From assembly GCA_040954595.2 (NCBI GenBank), contig CM082581.2:1542699-1606698 (forward strand): a DNA stretch of 64,000 nucleotides. The letters are read 5' to 3'. The translations under genes and the position numbers were made by a program. Below are positions 1 through 15,000 of this stretch, one piece after another. The DNA is from Balanoglossus misakiensis. Lineage: Eukaryota; Animalia; Hemichordata. A model generated the notes under the pieces. That model was not told the origin of the DNA and did no database searches. It worked only from the letters and a program-made list of their open reading frames with translations. The first letter of the stretch is position 1; the number at the start of each line of letters is the position of its first letter.

Positions 1-3000
1 AATGGACGAAATTTTGAGATTTTGCAAAGACGAAAATTTGTCATTTTTTGATGATTTTCACCCATGATTTTTTTTCAAAAATCGACGAAATTTTGATATT
101 TGCAAAGAGGAGAATTTGTCATTTTTTCATGATTTTCCCCCATGATTTTTTTCAAAAATCGACGAAATTTTGAGATTTTTGCAAAGTCGAAAATTTTGTC
201 ATTTTTTGATGATTTCAACCATGATTTTTTTTCAAAATCGACGAAAATTTGAGATTTTGCAAAGATGAAAATTTGTCATTTTTGATGATTTTTACCCATA
301 TTTTTTTTTCAGAAATGGACGAAATTTGAGATTTTGCAAAAGACGAAAATTTGTCATTTTTTGATGATTTTTCACCCATGATTTTTTTCAAAAATTGACG
401 AAATTTTGAGATTTTGCAAAGTCGAAAATGTGTCATTTTTTGATGATTTTCACCCGTTTTTTTTCAAAAATCGACGAAATTTTGAGATTTGCAAAATCGA
501 AATTGTCATTTTTTGATGATTTTCACCCATGATTTTTTTTCAAAAATCGACGAAATTTTGAGATTTTGCAAAGTCGTAAATGTGTCATTTTTTGATGATT
601 TTCACCCGGTTTTTTTCAAAAATCGACGAAATTTTGAGATTTTGCAAAGTCGTAAATGTGTCATTTTTTGATGATTTTCACCCGTTTTTTTTTCAAAATT
701 TGTCATTTTTTGATGATTTTCACCCATGATTTTCTTCAAAAATCGACGAAATTTTGAGATTTTGCAAAGTCGAAAATTTGTCATTTTTTGATGATTTTCA
801 CCTATGATTTTTTTCAAAAATCAACAAAATTTTGAGATTTTGCAAAGAGGAAAATTTGTCATTTTTTTCATGATTTTCCCCCATGATTTTTTTCAAAAAT
901 TGACGAAATTTTGAGATTTTGCAAAGTCGACGAAAATGTGTCATTTTTTGATGATTTTCACCCGTTTTTTTTCAAAAATCGACGAAATTTTGAGATTTTG
1001 CAAAATCGAAAAATTTGTCATTTTTTGATGATTTTCACCCATGATTTTTTTTCAAAAATCGACGAAATTTTGAGATTTTGCAAAGTCGTAAATGTGTCAT
1101 TTTTTGATGATTTTCACCCGGTTTTTTTTCAAAAATCGACGAAATTTTGAGATTTTGCAAAGTCGTAAATGTGTCATTTTTTGATGATTTTCACCCGTTT
1201 TTTTTCAAAATTTGTCATTTTTTGATGATTTTCACCCATGATTTTCTTCAAAAATCGACGAAATTTTGAGATTTTGCAAAGTCGAAAATTTGTCATTTTT
1301 TGATGATTTTCACCTATGATTTTTTTCAATAATCAACAAAATTTTGAGATTTTGCAAAGTCGAAAATTTGTCATTTTTTGATGATTTTCACCGATGAATT
1401 TTTTCAACAATCGAAAATATTTTGAGATTTTGCAAAGTCGAAAATTTGTCAATTTTTTGATGATTTTCACCATGATTGTCTTCAAAAATCGACGAAATTT
1501 TGAGATTTTGCAAAGTCGAAAATTTGTCATTTTTTTGATGATTTTCACCCATGATTTTTTTTCAAAATCGACGAAATTTTGAGATTTTGCAAAGTCGAAA
1601 ATTTGTAATTTTTTGATGATTTTCACCCATGATTTTTTTCAAAATTGACGAAATTTTGAGATTTTGCAAAGTCGAAAAATTTCTCATTTTTTGGTGCATT
1701 TTCACCCATGATTTTTTTTCAAAATCGACGAAATTGTGAGATTTTGCAAAGTCGAAAATTTGTCATTTTTTGATGATTTTCACCCATGATTTTTATTCAA
1801 AATTGACGAAATTTTGAGATTTTGCAAAGTCGAAAATTTGTCATTTTTTCATGATTTTCCCCCATGATTTTTTTCAAAAATCGACGAAATTTTGAGATTT
1901 TGCAAAGTCGTAAATGTGTCATTTTTTGATGATTTTCACCCGTTTTTTTTTTTTTAAATTTGTCATTTTTTGATGATTTTCACCCATGTTTTTTTTTAAA
2001 AAATCAACAAAATTTTGAGATTTTGCGAAGTCGAAAATTTGTCATTTTTTGATGATTTTCACCGATGATTTTCTTCAAAAATCGACGAAATTTTGAGATT
2101 TTGCAAAGTCGAAAATTTGTCATTTTTTTGATGATTTTCCACCCATGATTTTTTTCAAAAATCGACGAAATTTTGAGATTTTGCAAAGTCGAAAATTTGT
2201 CAATTTTTGATGATTTTCAACCATGATTTTTTTCAAAAATCGACTAAATGTTGAGATTTTGCAAAGTCGAAAATGTGTCATTTTTTGATGATTTTCACCC
2301 GTTTTTTTTTCAAAATTTGTCATTTTTTCATGATTTTCACCCATGATTTTTTTCAAAAATCGACGAAATTTTGTGATTTTGCAAAGTCGAAAATTTTGTC
2401 ATTTTTTGATGATTTTCAACCATGATTTTTTTCAAAAAATCGACGAAATTTGTGATTTTACAAAGTCGAAAATTTTGTCATTTTTTGATGATTTTCAACC
2501 ATGATTTTTTTTCAAAAATCGACGAAAATTTGAGATTTTGCAAAGACGAAAATTTGTCATTTTTGATGATTTTTACCCATGATTTTTTTTCAAAAATGGA
2601 CGAAATTTTGAGATTTTTGCAAAGACGAAAATTTGTCATTTTTTGATGATTTTCACCCATGATTTTTTTTCAAAAATCGACGAAATTTTGAGATTTTGCA
2701 AAGTCGTAAATGTGTCATTTTTTGATGATTTTCACCAGTTTTTTTTTCAAAATTTGTCATTTTTTCATGATTTTCCCCCATGATTTTTTTCAAAAATCGA
2801 CGAAAATTTGAGATTTTGCAAAGACGAAAATTTGTCATTTTTGATGATTTTTACCCATGATTTTTTTTCAAAAATGGACGAAATTTTGAGATTTTTTCAA
2901 AGACGAAAATTTGTCATTTTTTGATGATTTTCACCCATGATTTTTTTTCAAAAAACGACGAAATTTTGTGATTTTACAAAGTCGAAAATTTTGTCATTTT

Positions 3001-6000
3001 TTGATGATTTTCAACCATGATTTTTTTTCAAAAATTGACGAAAATTTGAGATTTTGCAAAGACAAAAATTTGTCATTTTTGATGATTTTTACCCATGATT
3101 TTTTTTCAAAAATCGACCAAATTTTGAGATTTTGCAAAGAGGAAAATTTGTCATTTTTTCATGATTTTCCCCCATGATTTTTTTCAAAAATCGACGAAAT
3201 TTTGTGATTTTACAAAGTCGAAAATTTTGTCATTTTTTGATGATTTTCAACCATGATTTTTTTTCAAAAATCGACGAAAATTTGAGATTTTGCAAAGACG
3301 AAAATTTGTCATTTTTGATGATTTTTACCCATGATTTTTTTTCAAAAATGGACGAAATTTTGAGATTTTGCAAAGTCGAAAATTTGTCATTTTTTGATGA
3401 TTTTCACCCATGATTTTTTTCAAAAATGGACGAAATTTTGAGATTTTGCAAAGTCGAAAATTTGTCATTTTTTGATGATTTTCCCCCATGTTTTTTTTTT
3501 TAAATGGACGAAATTTTGAGATTTTGCAAAGACGAAAATTTGTTATTTTTTGATGATTTTCACCCATGATTTTTTCAAAAATTGACGAAATTTTGAGATT
3601 TTGCAAAGTCGAAAATTTGTCATTTTTTGATGATTTTCACACATGATTTTTTTCAAAAATCGACGAAATTGTGAGATTTTGCAAAGACGAAAATTTGTCA
3701 TTTTTTGATGATTTTTACCCATGATTTTTTTTCAAAAATGGACGAAATTTTGAGGTTTTGCAAAGTCGAAAATTTGTTATTTTTTGATGATTTTCACCCA
3801 TGTCTTTTTTTAAAAATCGACGAAATTTTTAGATTTTGCAAAGAGGAAAATTTGTCATTTTTTCATGATTTTCCCCCATGATTTTTTTCAAAAATCGACG
3901 AAATTTTGAGATTTTGCAAAGTCGACGAAAATGTGTCATTTTTTGATGATTTTCACCCGTTTTTTTTCAAAATTTGTCATTTTTTGATGATTTTCACCCA
4001 TGTTTTTTTTAAAAAATCGACGAACCTATGATTTTTTTCAAAATCGACGAAATTTTGTGATTTTACAAAGTCGAAAATTTTGTCATTTTTTGATGATTTT
4101 CAACCATGATTTTTTTTCAAAAATTGACGAAAATTTGAGATTTTGCAAAGACAAAAATTTGTCATTTTTGATGATTTTTACCCATGATTTTTTTTCAAAA
4201 ATCGACGAAATTTTGAGATTTTGCAAAGAGGAAAATTTGTCATTTTTTCATGATTTTCCCCCATGATTTTTTTCAAAAATCGACGAAATTTTGTGATTTT
4301 ACAAAGTCGAAAATTTTGTCATTTTTTGATGATTTTCAACCATGATTTTTTTTCAAAAATCGACGAAAATTTGAGATTTTGCAAAGACGAAAATTTGTCA
4401 TTTTTGATGATTTTTACCCATGATTTTTTTTCAAAAATGGACGAAATTTTGAGATTTTGCAAAGACGAAAATTTGTCATTTTTTGATGATTTTCACCCAT
4501 GATTTTTTTTCAAAAATCGACGAAATTTTGAGATTTTGCAAAGTCGTAAATGTGTCATTTTTTGATGATTTTCACCAGTTTTTTTTTTCAAAATTTGTCA
4601 TTTTTCATGATTTTCCCCCATGATTTTTTTCAAAAATCGACGAAAATTTGAGATTTTGCAATGACGAAAATTTGTCATTTTTGATGATTTTTACCCATGA
4701 TTTTTTTTCAAAAATGGACGAAATTTTGAGATTTTGCAAAGACGAAAATTTGTCATTTTTTGATGATTTTCACCCATGATTTTTTTTCAAAAAACGACGA
4801 AATTTTGATATTTTGCAAAGAGGAAAATTTGTCATTTTTTCATGATTTTCACCCATGATTTTTTAAAAAATTGACGAAATGTTGAGATTTTGCAAAGTCG
4901 AAAATTTTTCATTTTTTGATGATTTTCACCCGTGATTTTTTTCAAAAATGGACGAAATTTTGAGATTTTGCAAAGACGAAAATTTGTCATTTTTTGATGA
5001 TTTTCACCCATGATTTTTTTTCAAAAATCGACGAAAATTTGAGATTTTGCAAAGATGAAAATTTGTCATTTTTGATGATTTTTACCCATATTTTTTTTTC
5101 AGAAATGGACGAAATTTTGAGATTTTGCAAAGACGAAAATTTGTCATTTTTTGATGATTTTCACCCATGATTTTTTTTCAAAAATTGACGAAATTTTGAG
5201 ATTTTGCAAAGTCGAAAATGTGTCATTTTTTGATGATTTTCACCCGTTTTTTTTTCAAAATTTGTCATTTTTTGATGATTTTTACCCATGATTTTTTTTC
5301 AAAAATGGACGAAATTTTGAGATTTTGCAAAGTCGAAAATTTGTTATTTTTTGATGATTTTCACCCATGTCTTTTTTTTAAAAATCGACGAAATTTTGAG
5401 ATTTTGCAAAGAGGAAAATTTGTCATTTTTTTCATGATTTTCCCCCATGATTTTTTTCAAAAATCGACGAAATTTTGAGATTTTGCAAAGTCGACGAAAA
5501 TGTGTCATTTTTTGATGATTTTCACCCGTTTTTTTTCAAAAATCGACGAAATTTTGAGATTTTGCAAAATCGAAAATTTGTCATTTTTTGATGATTTTCA
5601 CCCATGATTTTTTTTCAAAAATCGACGAAATTTTGAGATTTTGCAGAGTCGTAAATGTGTCATTTTTTGATGATTTTCACCCGGTTTTTTTTCAAAAATC
5701 GACGAAATTTTGAGATTTTGCAAAGTCGTAAATGTGTCATTTTTTGATGATTTTCACCCGTTTTTTTTTCAAAATTTGTCATTTTTTGATGATTTTCACC
5801 CATGATTTTCTTCAAAAATCGACGAAATTTTGAGATTTTGCAAAGTCGAAAATTTGTCATTTTTTGATGATTTTCACCTATGATTTTTTTCAAAAATCAA
5901 CAAAATTTTGAGATTTTGCAAAGAGGAAAATTTGTCATTTTTTTCATGATTTTCCCCCATGATTTTTTTCAAAAATCGACGAAATTTTGAGATTTTGCAA

Positions 6001-9000
6001 AGTCGACGAAAATGTGTCATTTTTTGATGATTTTCACCCGTTTTTTTCAAAAATCGACGAAATTTTGAGATTTTGCAAAATCGAAAATTTGTCATTTTTT
6101 GATGATTTTCACCCATGATTTTTTTTCAAAAATCGACGAAATTTTGAGATTTTGCAAAGTCGTAAATGTGTCATTTTTTGATGATTTTCACCCGGTTTTT
6201 TTTCAAAAATCGACGAAATTTTGAGATTTTGCAAAGTCGTAAATGTGTCATTTTTTGATGATTTTCACCCGTTTTTTTTTCAAAATTTGTCATTTTTTGA
6301 TGATTTTCACCCATGATTTTCTTCAAAAATCGACGAAATTTTGAGATTTTGCAAAGTCGAAAATTTGTCATTTTTTGATGATTTTCACCTATGATTTTTT
6401 TCAAAAATCAACAAAATTTTGAGATTTTGCAAAGTCGAAAATTTGTCATTTTTTGATGATTTTCACCGATGATTTTTTTCAACAATCGAAAATATTTTGA
6501 GATTTTGCAAAGTCGAAAATTTGTCATTTTTTGATGATTTTCACCCATGATTTTCTTCAAAAATCGACGAAATTTTGAGATTTTGCAAAGTCGAAAATTT
6601 GTCATTTTTTTGATGATTTTCACCCATGATTTTTTTCAAAAATCGACGAAATTTTGAGATTTTGCAAAGTCGAAAATTTGTCATTTTTTGATGATTTTCA
6701 CCCATGATTTTTTTCAAAATTGACGAAATTTTGAGATTTTGCAAAGTCGAAAATTTCTCATTTTTTGGTGCATTTTCACCCATGATTTTTTTTCAAAAAT
6801 CGACGAAATTGTGAGATTTTGCAAAGTCGAAAATTTGTCATTTTTTGATGATTTTCACCCATGATTTTTATTCAAAATTGACGAAATTTTGAGATTTTGC
6901 AAAGTCGAAAATTTGTCATTTTTTCATGATTTTCCCCCATGATTTTTTTCAAAAATCGACGAAATTTTGAGATTTTGCAAAGTCGTAAATGTGTCATTTT
7001 TTGATGATTTTCACCCATGTTTTTTTTTAAAAAATCAACAAAATTTTGAGATTTTGCGAAGTCGAAAATTTGTCATTTTTTGATGATTTTCACCGATGAT
7101 TTTCTTCAAAAATCGACGAAATTTTGAGATTTTGCAAAGTCGAAAATTTGTCATTTTTTTGATGATTTTCACCCATGATTTTTTTCAAAAATCGACGAAA
7201 TTTTGAGATTTTGCAAAGTCGAAAATTTGTCATTTTTTGATGATTTTCACCCATGATTTTTTTCAAAATTGACGAAATTTTGAGATTTTGCAAAGTCGAA
7301 AATTTCTCATTTTTTGGTGCATTTTCACCCATGATTTTTTTTCAAAAATCGACGAAATTGTGAGATTTTGCAAAGTCGAAAATTTGTCATTTTTTGATGA
7401 TTTTCACCCATGATTTTTATTCAAAATTGACGAAATTTTGAGATTTTGCAAAGTCGAAAATTTGTCATTTTTTCATGATTTCCCCCCATGATTTTTTTCA
7501 AAAATCGACGAAATTTTGAGATTTTGCAAAGTCGACGAAAATGTGTCATTTTTTGATGATTTTCACCCATTTTTTTTCAAAAATCGACGAAATTTTGAGA
7601 TTTGGCAAAATCGAAAATTTGTCATTTTTTGATGATTTTCCCCCATGATTGTTTTTTAAAAATGGACGAAAGTTTGAGATTTTGCAAAGACGAAAATTTG
7701 TCATTTTTGATGATTTTTACCCATGATTTTTTTTCAAAAATGGACGAAATTTTTAGATTTTGCAAAGACGAAAATTTGTCATTTTTTGATGATTTTCACC
7801 CATGATTTTTTTTCAAAAATCGACGAAATTTTGAGATTTTGCAAAGAGGAAAATTTGTCATTTTTTGATGATTTTCAACCATGATTTTTTTTCAAAAATC
7901 GACGAAAATTCGAGATTTTGCAAAGATGAAAATTTGTCATTTTTGATGATTTTTACCCATAATTTTTTTTCAGAAATGGACGAAATTTTGAGATTTTGCA
8001 AAGACGAAAATTTGTCATTTTTTGATGATTTTCACCCATGATTTTTTTTCAAAAATGGACGAAATTTTGAGATTTTGCAAAGACGAAAATTTGTCATTTT
8101 TTGATGATTTTCACCCATGATTTTTTTCAAAATTGACGAAATTTTGAGATTTTGTAAAGTCAAAAATTTGTAATTTTTTGATGATTTTCAACAATTTTTT
8201 TAAAAAATCGACGAAAATTTGAGATTTTTCAGTCAAAAATTTGTCATTTTTTGATGATTTTCCCCCATGATTTTTTTCAAAAATCGACGAAATTTTGAGA
8301 TTTTGCAAAGTTGAAAATTTTTCAAAAATCGACGAAATTTATAGATTTTGCAAAGAGGAAAATTTGTCGTTTTTTGATGATTTTCACCCATGATTTTTTT
8401 CAAAATTGACGAAATTTTGAGTTTTTGCAGTCGAAAATTTGTCATTTTTTGATGATTTTCACCCATGATTTTTTCAAAATTGACGAAATTTTGAAATTTT
8501 GCAGTCGAAAATTTGTCATTTTTTGATCATTTTCCCCATGATTTTTTTCAAAAATCGACGAAATTTTGAGATTTTGCAAAGTCGAAAATTTGTCATTTTT
8601 TGATGATTTTCACCCTTGATTCTCTTCAAAAATCGACGAAATTTTGAGATTTTGCAGAGTCGAAAATTTATCATTTTTTGATGATTTTCACCCATGATTT
8701 TTTTCAAAAATCGATGAAATTTTGAGATTTTGCAGTAAAAAAATTGTCATTTTTTGATGATTTTCACCCATGATTTTTTTCAAAATTGACGAAATTTTGA
8801 GATTTTGCAGTCGAAAATTTGTCATTTTTTGATCATTTTCCCCCATGATTTTTTTCAAAAATCGACGAAATTTTCAGATTTTGCAAAGTCGAAAATTTGT
8901 CATTTTTTCATGATTTTCACCCATGATTTTTTCAAAAATCGACGAAATTTTGAGATTTTGCAGTCGAAAATTTGTAATTTTTTGATGATTTTCCCCCATG

Positions 9001-12000
9001 ATTTTTTTCAAAAATCGACGAAATTTTGAGATTTTGCAAAGTCGAAAATTTGTCATTTTTTGATGATTTTCACCCATGATTTTCTTCAAAAATCGACGAA
9101 ATTTTGAGATTTTGCAAAGTCGAAAATTTGTCATTTTTTGATTATTTTCACCCATGATTTTTTTCAAAAATCGACGAAATTTTGAGATTTTGCGAAGTCG
9201 AAAATTTGTCATTTTTTGATGATTTTCACCCATGATTTTTTTCAAAAATCGACGAAATGTTGAGCTTTTGCAAAGTCGAAAAATTGTCATTTTTTGATGA
9301 TTTTCACCCATGATTTTTTTCAAAAATCGACGAAAATTTGAGATTTTGCAAAGATGAAAATTTGTCATTTTTGATGATTTTTACCCATAATTTTTTTTCA
9401 GAAATGGACGAAATTTTGAGATTTTGCAAAGTCGAAAATGTGTCATTTTTTGATGATTTTCACCCGTTTTTTTTCAAAATTTGTCATTTTTTCATGATTT
9501 TCATCCATGATTTTTTTCAAAAATCGACGAAATTTTGAGATTTTGCAAAGTCGAAAATTTGTCATTTTTTGATGATTTTCCCCCATGATTTTTTTCAAAA
9601 ATCGACGAAATTTTGAGATTTTGCAAAGTCGAAAATTTGTCATTTTTTGATGATTTTCACCCATGATTTTCTTCAAAAATCGACGAAATTTTCAGATTTT
9701 GCAAAGTCGAAAATTTGTCATTTTTTGATTATTTTCACCCATGATTTTTTTCAAAAATCGACGAAATTTTGAGATTTTGCGAAATCGAAAATTTGTCATT
9801 TTTTGATGATTTTCACCCATGATTTTTTTCAAAAATCGACGAAATGTTGAGATTTTGCAAAGTCGAAAAATTGTCATTTTTTGATGATTTTCAACCATGA
9901 TTTTTTTCAAAAATCGACGAAAATTTGAGATTTTGCAAAGATGAAAATTTGTCATTTTTGATGATTTTTACCCATAATTTTTTTTCAAAAATCGACGAAA
10001 TTTTGAGATTTTGCAAAGTCGAAAATTTGTCATTTTTTGATGATTTTCACCCTTGATTCTCTTCAAAAATCGACGAAATTTTGAGATTTTGCAGAGTCGA
10101 AAATTTATCATTTTTTGATGATTTTCACCCATGATTTTTTTCAAAAATCGATGAAATTTTGAGATTTTGCAGTAAAAAAATTGTCATTTTTTGATGATTT
10201 TCACCCATGATTTTTTTCAAAATTGACGAAATTTTGAGATTTTGCAGTCGAAAATTTGTCATTTTTTGATCATTTTCCCCCATGATTTTTTTCAAAAATC
10301 GACGAAATTTTCAGATTTTGCAAAGTCGAAAATTTGTCATTTTTTCATGATTTTCACCCATGATTTTTTCAAAAATCGACGAAATTTTGAGATTTTGCAG
10401 TCGAAAATTTGTAATTTTTTGATGATTTTCCCCCATGATTTTTTTCAAAAATCGACGAAATTTTGAGATTTTGCAAAGTCGAAAATTTGTCATTTTTTGA
10501 TGATTTTCACCCATGATTTTCTTCAAAAATCGACGAAATTTTGAGATTTTGCAAAGTCGAAAATTTGTCATTTTTTGATTATTTTCACCCATGATTTTTT
10601 TCAAAAATCGACGAAATTTTGAGATTTTGCGAAGTCGAAAATTTGTCATTTTTTGATGATTTTCACCCATGATTTTTTTCAAAAATCGACGAAATGTTGA
10701 GCTTTTGCAAAGTCGAAAAATTGTCATTTTTTGATGATTTTCACCCATGATTTTTTTCAAAAATCGACGAAAATTTGAGATTTTGCAAAGATGAAAATTT
10801 GTCATTTTTGATGATTTTTACCCATAATTTTTTTTCAGAAATGGACGAAATTTTGAGATTTTGCAAAGTCGAAAATGTGTCATTTTTTGATGATTTTCAC
10901 CCGTTTTTTTTCAAAATTTGTCATTTTTTCATGATTTTCATCCATGATTTTTTTCAAAAATCGACGAAATTTTGAGATTTTGCAAAGTCGAAAATTTGTC
11001 ATTTTTTGATGATTTTCCCCCATGATTTTTTTCAAAAATCGACGAAATTTTGAGATTTTGCAAAGTCGAAAATTTGTCATTTTTTGATGATTTTCACCCA
11101 TGATTTTCTTCAAAAATCGACGAAATTTTCAGATTTTGCAAAGTCGAAAATTTGTCATTTTTTGATTATTTTCACCCATGATTTTTTTCAAAAATCGACG
11201 AAATTTTGAGATTTTGCGAAATCGAAAATTTGTCATTTTTTGATGATTTTCACCCATGATTTTTTTCAAAAATCGACGAAATGTTGAGATTTTGCAAAGT
11301 CGAAAAATTGTCATTTTTTGATGATTTTCAACCATGATTTTTTTCAAAAATCGACGAAAATTTGAGATTTTGCAAAGATGAAAATTTGTCATTTTTGATG
11401 ATTTTTACCCATAATTTTTTTTCAGAAATGGACGAAATTTTGAGATTTTGCAAAGTCGAAAATGTGTCATTTTTTGATGATTTTCACCCATGATTTTTTT
11501 CAAAAATCGACGAAATTTTGAGATTTTGCAAAGTCGAAAATGTGTCATTTTTTGATGATTTTCACCCATGTTTTTTTTTAAAAATCGACGAACCTATGAT
11601 TTTTTTCAAAATCGACGAAATTTTGTGATTTTGCAAAGTCGAAAATTTTGTCATTTTTTGATGATTTTCAACCATGATTTTTTTTCAAAAATCGACGAAA
11701 TTTTGAGATTTTGCAAAGTCGAAAATTTTGTCATTTTTTGATGATTTTCAACCATGATTTTTTTTCAAAAATCGACGAAAATTTGAGATTTTGCAAAGTC
11801 GAAAATGTGTCATTTTTTGATGATTTTCACCCGTTTTTTTTTCAAAATTTGTCATTTTTTTCATGATTTTCACCCATGATTTTTTTCAAAAATCGACGAA
11901 ATTTTGAGATTTTGCAAAGTCGAAAATTTGTCATTTTTTGATGATTTTCACCCATGATTTTTTTCAAAAATCGACGAAATTTTGAGATTTTGCAAAGTCG

Positions 12001-15000
12001 AAAATGTGTCATTTTTTGATGATTTTCACCCATGTTTTTTTTTTAAAAATCGACGAACCTATGATTTTTTTCAAAATCGACGAAATTTTGTGATTTTGCA
12101 AAGTCGAAAATTTTGTCATTTTTTGATGATTTTCAACCCTGATTTTTTTTCAAAAATCGACGAAATTTTGAGATTTTGCAAAATCGAAAATTTGTCATTT
12201 TTTGATGATTTTCCCCCAGTGGTTTTTTTCAAAATCGACGAAATTTTGAGATTTTGCAAAGTCGAAAATTTGTCATTTTTTGATGATTTTCCCCACATGA
12301 TTTTTTTTCAAAAATGGACGAAATTTTGAGATTTTGCAAAGACGAACATTTGTCATTTTTTGATGATTTTCACCCATGATTTTTATCAAAAATCGACGAA
12401 ATTTTGAGATTTTGCAAAATCGAAAATTTGTCATTTTTTGATGATTTTCCCCCAGTGGTTTTTTTCAAAATCGACGAAATTTTGAGATTTTGCAAAGTCG
12501 AAAATTTGTCATTTTTTGATGATTTTCCCCACATGATTTTTTTTCAAAAATGGACGAAATTTTGAGATTTTGCAAAGTCGAAAATGTGTCATTTTTTGAT
12601 GATTTTCACCCGTTTTTTTTCAAAATTTGTCATTTTTTGATGATTTTCACCCATGATTTTTTTTCAAAAATCGACGAAATTTTGAGATTTTGCAAAGTCG
12701 AAAATTTGTCATTTTTTGATGATTTTCACCCATGATTTTTTTCAAAAATCGACGAAATTTTGAGATTTTGCAAAGTCGAAAATTTGTCATTTTTTGATGA
12801 TTTTCACCCATGATTTTTTCAAAAATTGACGAAATTTTGAGATTTTGCAAAGTCGAAAATTTTTCATTTTTTCATGATTTTCCCCCATGATTTTTATCAA
12901 AAATCGACGAAATTTTGTGATTTTACAAAGTCGAAAATTTTGTCATTTTTTGATTATTTTCACCCATGATTTTTTTCAAAAATCGACGAAATTTTGAGAT
13001 TTTGCGAAGTCGAAAATTTGTCATTTTTTGATGATTTTCACCCATGATTTTTTTCAAAAATCGACGAAATGTTGAGATTTTGCAAAGTCCAAAATTTTGT
13101 CATTTTTTGATGATTTTCACCCATGATTTTTTTCAAAATTGACGAAATTTTGAGATTTTGTAAAGTCAAAAATTTGTAATTTTTTGATGATTTTCAACAA
13201 TTTTTTTAAAAAATCGACGAAAATTTGAGATTTTTCAGTCAAAAATTTGTCATTTTTTGATGATTTTCCCCCATGATTTTTTTCAAAAATCGACGAAATT
13301 TTGAGATTTTGCAAAGTTGAAAATTTTTCAAAAATCGACGAAATTTATAGATTTTGCAAAGAGGAAAATTTGTCATTTTTTGATGATTTTCACCCATGAT
13401 TTTTTTCAAAATTGACGAAATTTTGAGTTTTTGCAGTCGAAAATTTGTCATTTTTTGATGATTTTCACCCATGATTTTTTCAAAATTGACGAAATTTTGA
13501 AATTTTGCAGTCGAAAATTTGTCATTTTTTGATCATTTTCCCCATGATTTTTTTCAAAAATCGACGAAATTTTGAGATTTTGCAAAGTCGAAAATTTGTC
13601 ATTTTTTGATGATTTTCACCCTTGATTCTCTTCAAAAATCGACGAAATTTTGAGATTTTGCAGAGTCGAAAATTTATCATTTTTTGATGATTTTCACCCA
13701 TGATTTTTTTCAAAAATCGATGAAATTTTGAGATTTTGCAGTAAAAAAATTGTCATTTTTTGATGATTTTCACCCATGATTTTTTTCAAAATTGACGAAA
13801 TTTTGAGATTTTGCAGTCGAAAATTTGTCATTTTTTGATCATTTTCCCCCATGATTTTTTTCAAAAATCGACGAAATTTTCAGATTTTGCAAAGTCGAAA
13901 ATTTGTCATTTTTTCATGATTTTCACCCATGATTTTTTCAAAAATCGACGAAATTTTGAGATTTTGCAGTCGAAAATTTGTAATTTTTTGATGATTTTCC
14001 CCCATGATTTTTTTCAAAAATCGACGAAATTTTGAGATTTTGCAAAGTCGAAAATTTGTCATTTTTTGATGATTTTCACCCATGATTTTCTTCAAAAATC
14101 GACGAAATTTTGAGATTTTGCAAAGTCGAAAATTTGTCATTTTTTGATTATTTTCACCCATGATTTTTTTCAAAAATCGACGAAATTTTGAGATTTTGCG
14201 AAGTCGAAAATTTGTCATTTTTTGATGATTTTCACCCATGATTTTTTTCAAAAATCGACGAAATGTTGAGATTTTGCAAAGTCGAAAAATTGTCATTTTT
14301 TGATGATTTTCACCCATGATTTTTTTCAAAAATCGACGAAAATTTGAGATTTTGCAAAGATGAAAATTTGTCATTTTTGATGATTTTTACCCATAATTTT
14401 TTTTCAGAAATGGACGAAATTTTGAGATTTTGCAAAGTCGAAAATGTGTCATTTTTTGATGATTTTCACCCGTTTTTTTTCAAAATTTGTCATTTTTTCA
14501 TGATTTTCATCCATGATTTTTTTCAAAAATCGACGAAATTTTGAGATTTTGCAAAGTCGAAAATTTGTCATTTTTTGATGATTTTCCCCCATGATTTTTT
14601 TCAAAAATCGACGAAATTTTGAGATTTTGCAAAGTCGAAAATTTGTCATTTTTTGATGATTTTCACCCATGATTTTCTTCAAAAATCGACGAAATTTTGA
14701 GATTTTGCAAAGTCGAAAATTTGTCATTTTTTGATGATTTTCACCCTTGATTCTCTTCAAAAATCGACGAAATTTTGAGATTTTGCAGAGTCGAAAATTT
14801 ATCATTTTTTGATGATTTTCACCCATGATTTTTTTCAAAAATCGATGAAATTTTGAGATTTTGCAGTAAAAAAATTGTCATTTTTTGATGATTTTCACCC
14901 ATGATTTTTTTCAAAATTGACGAAATTTTGAGATTTTGCAGTCGAAAATTTGTCATTTTTTGATCATTTTCCCCCATGATTTTTTTCAAAAATCGACGAA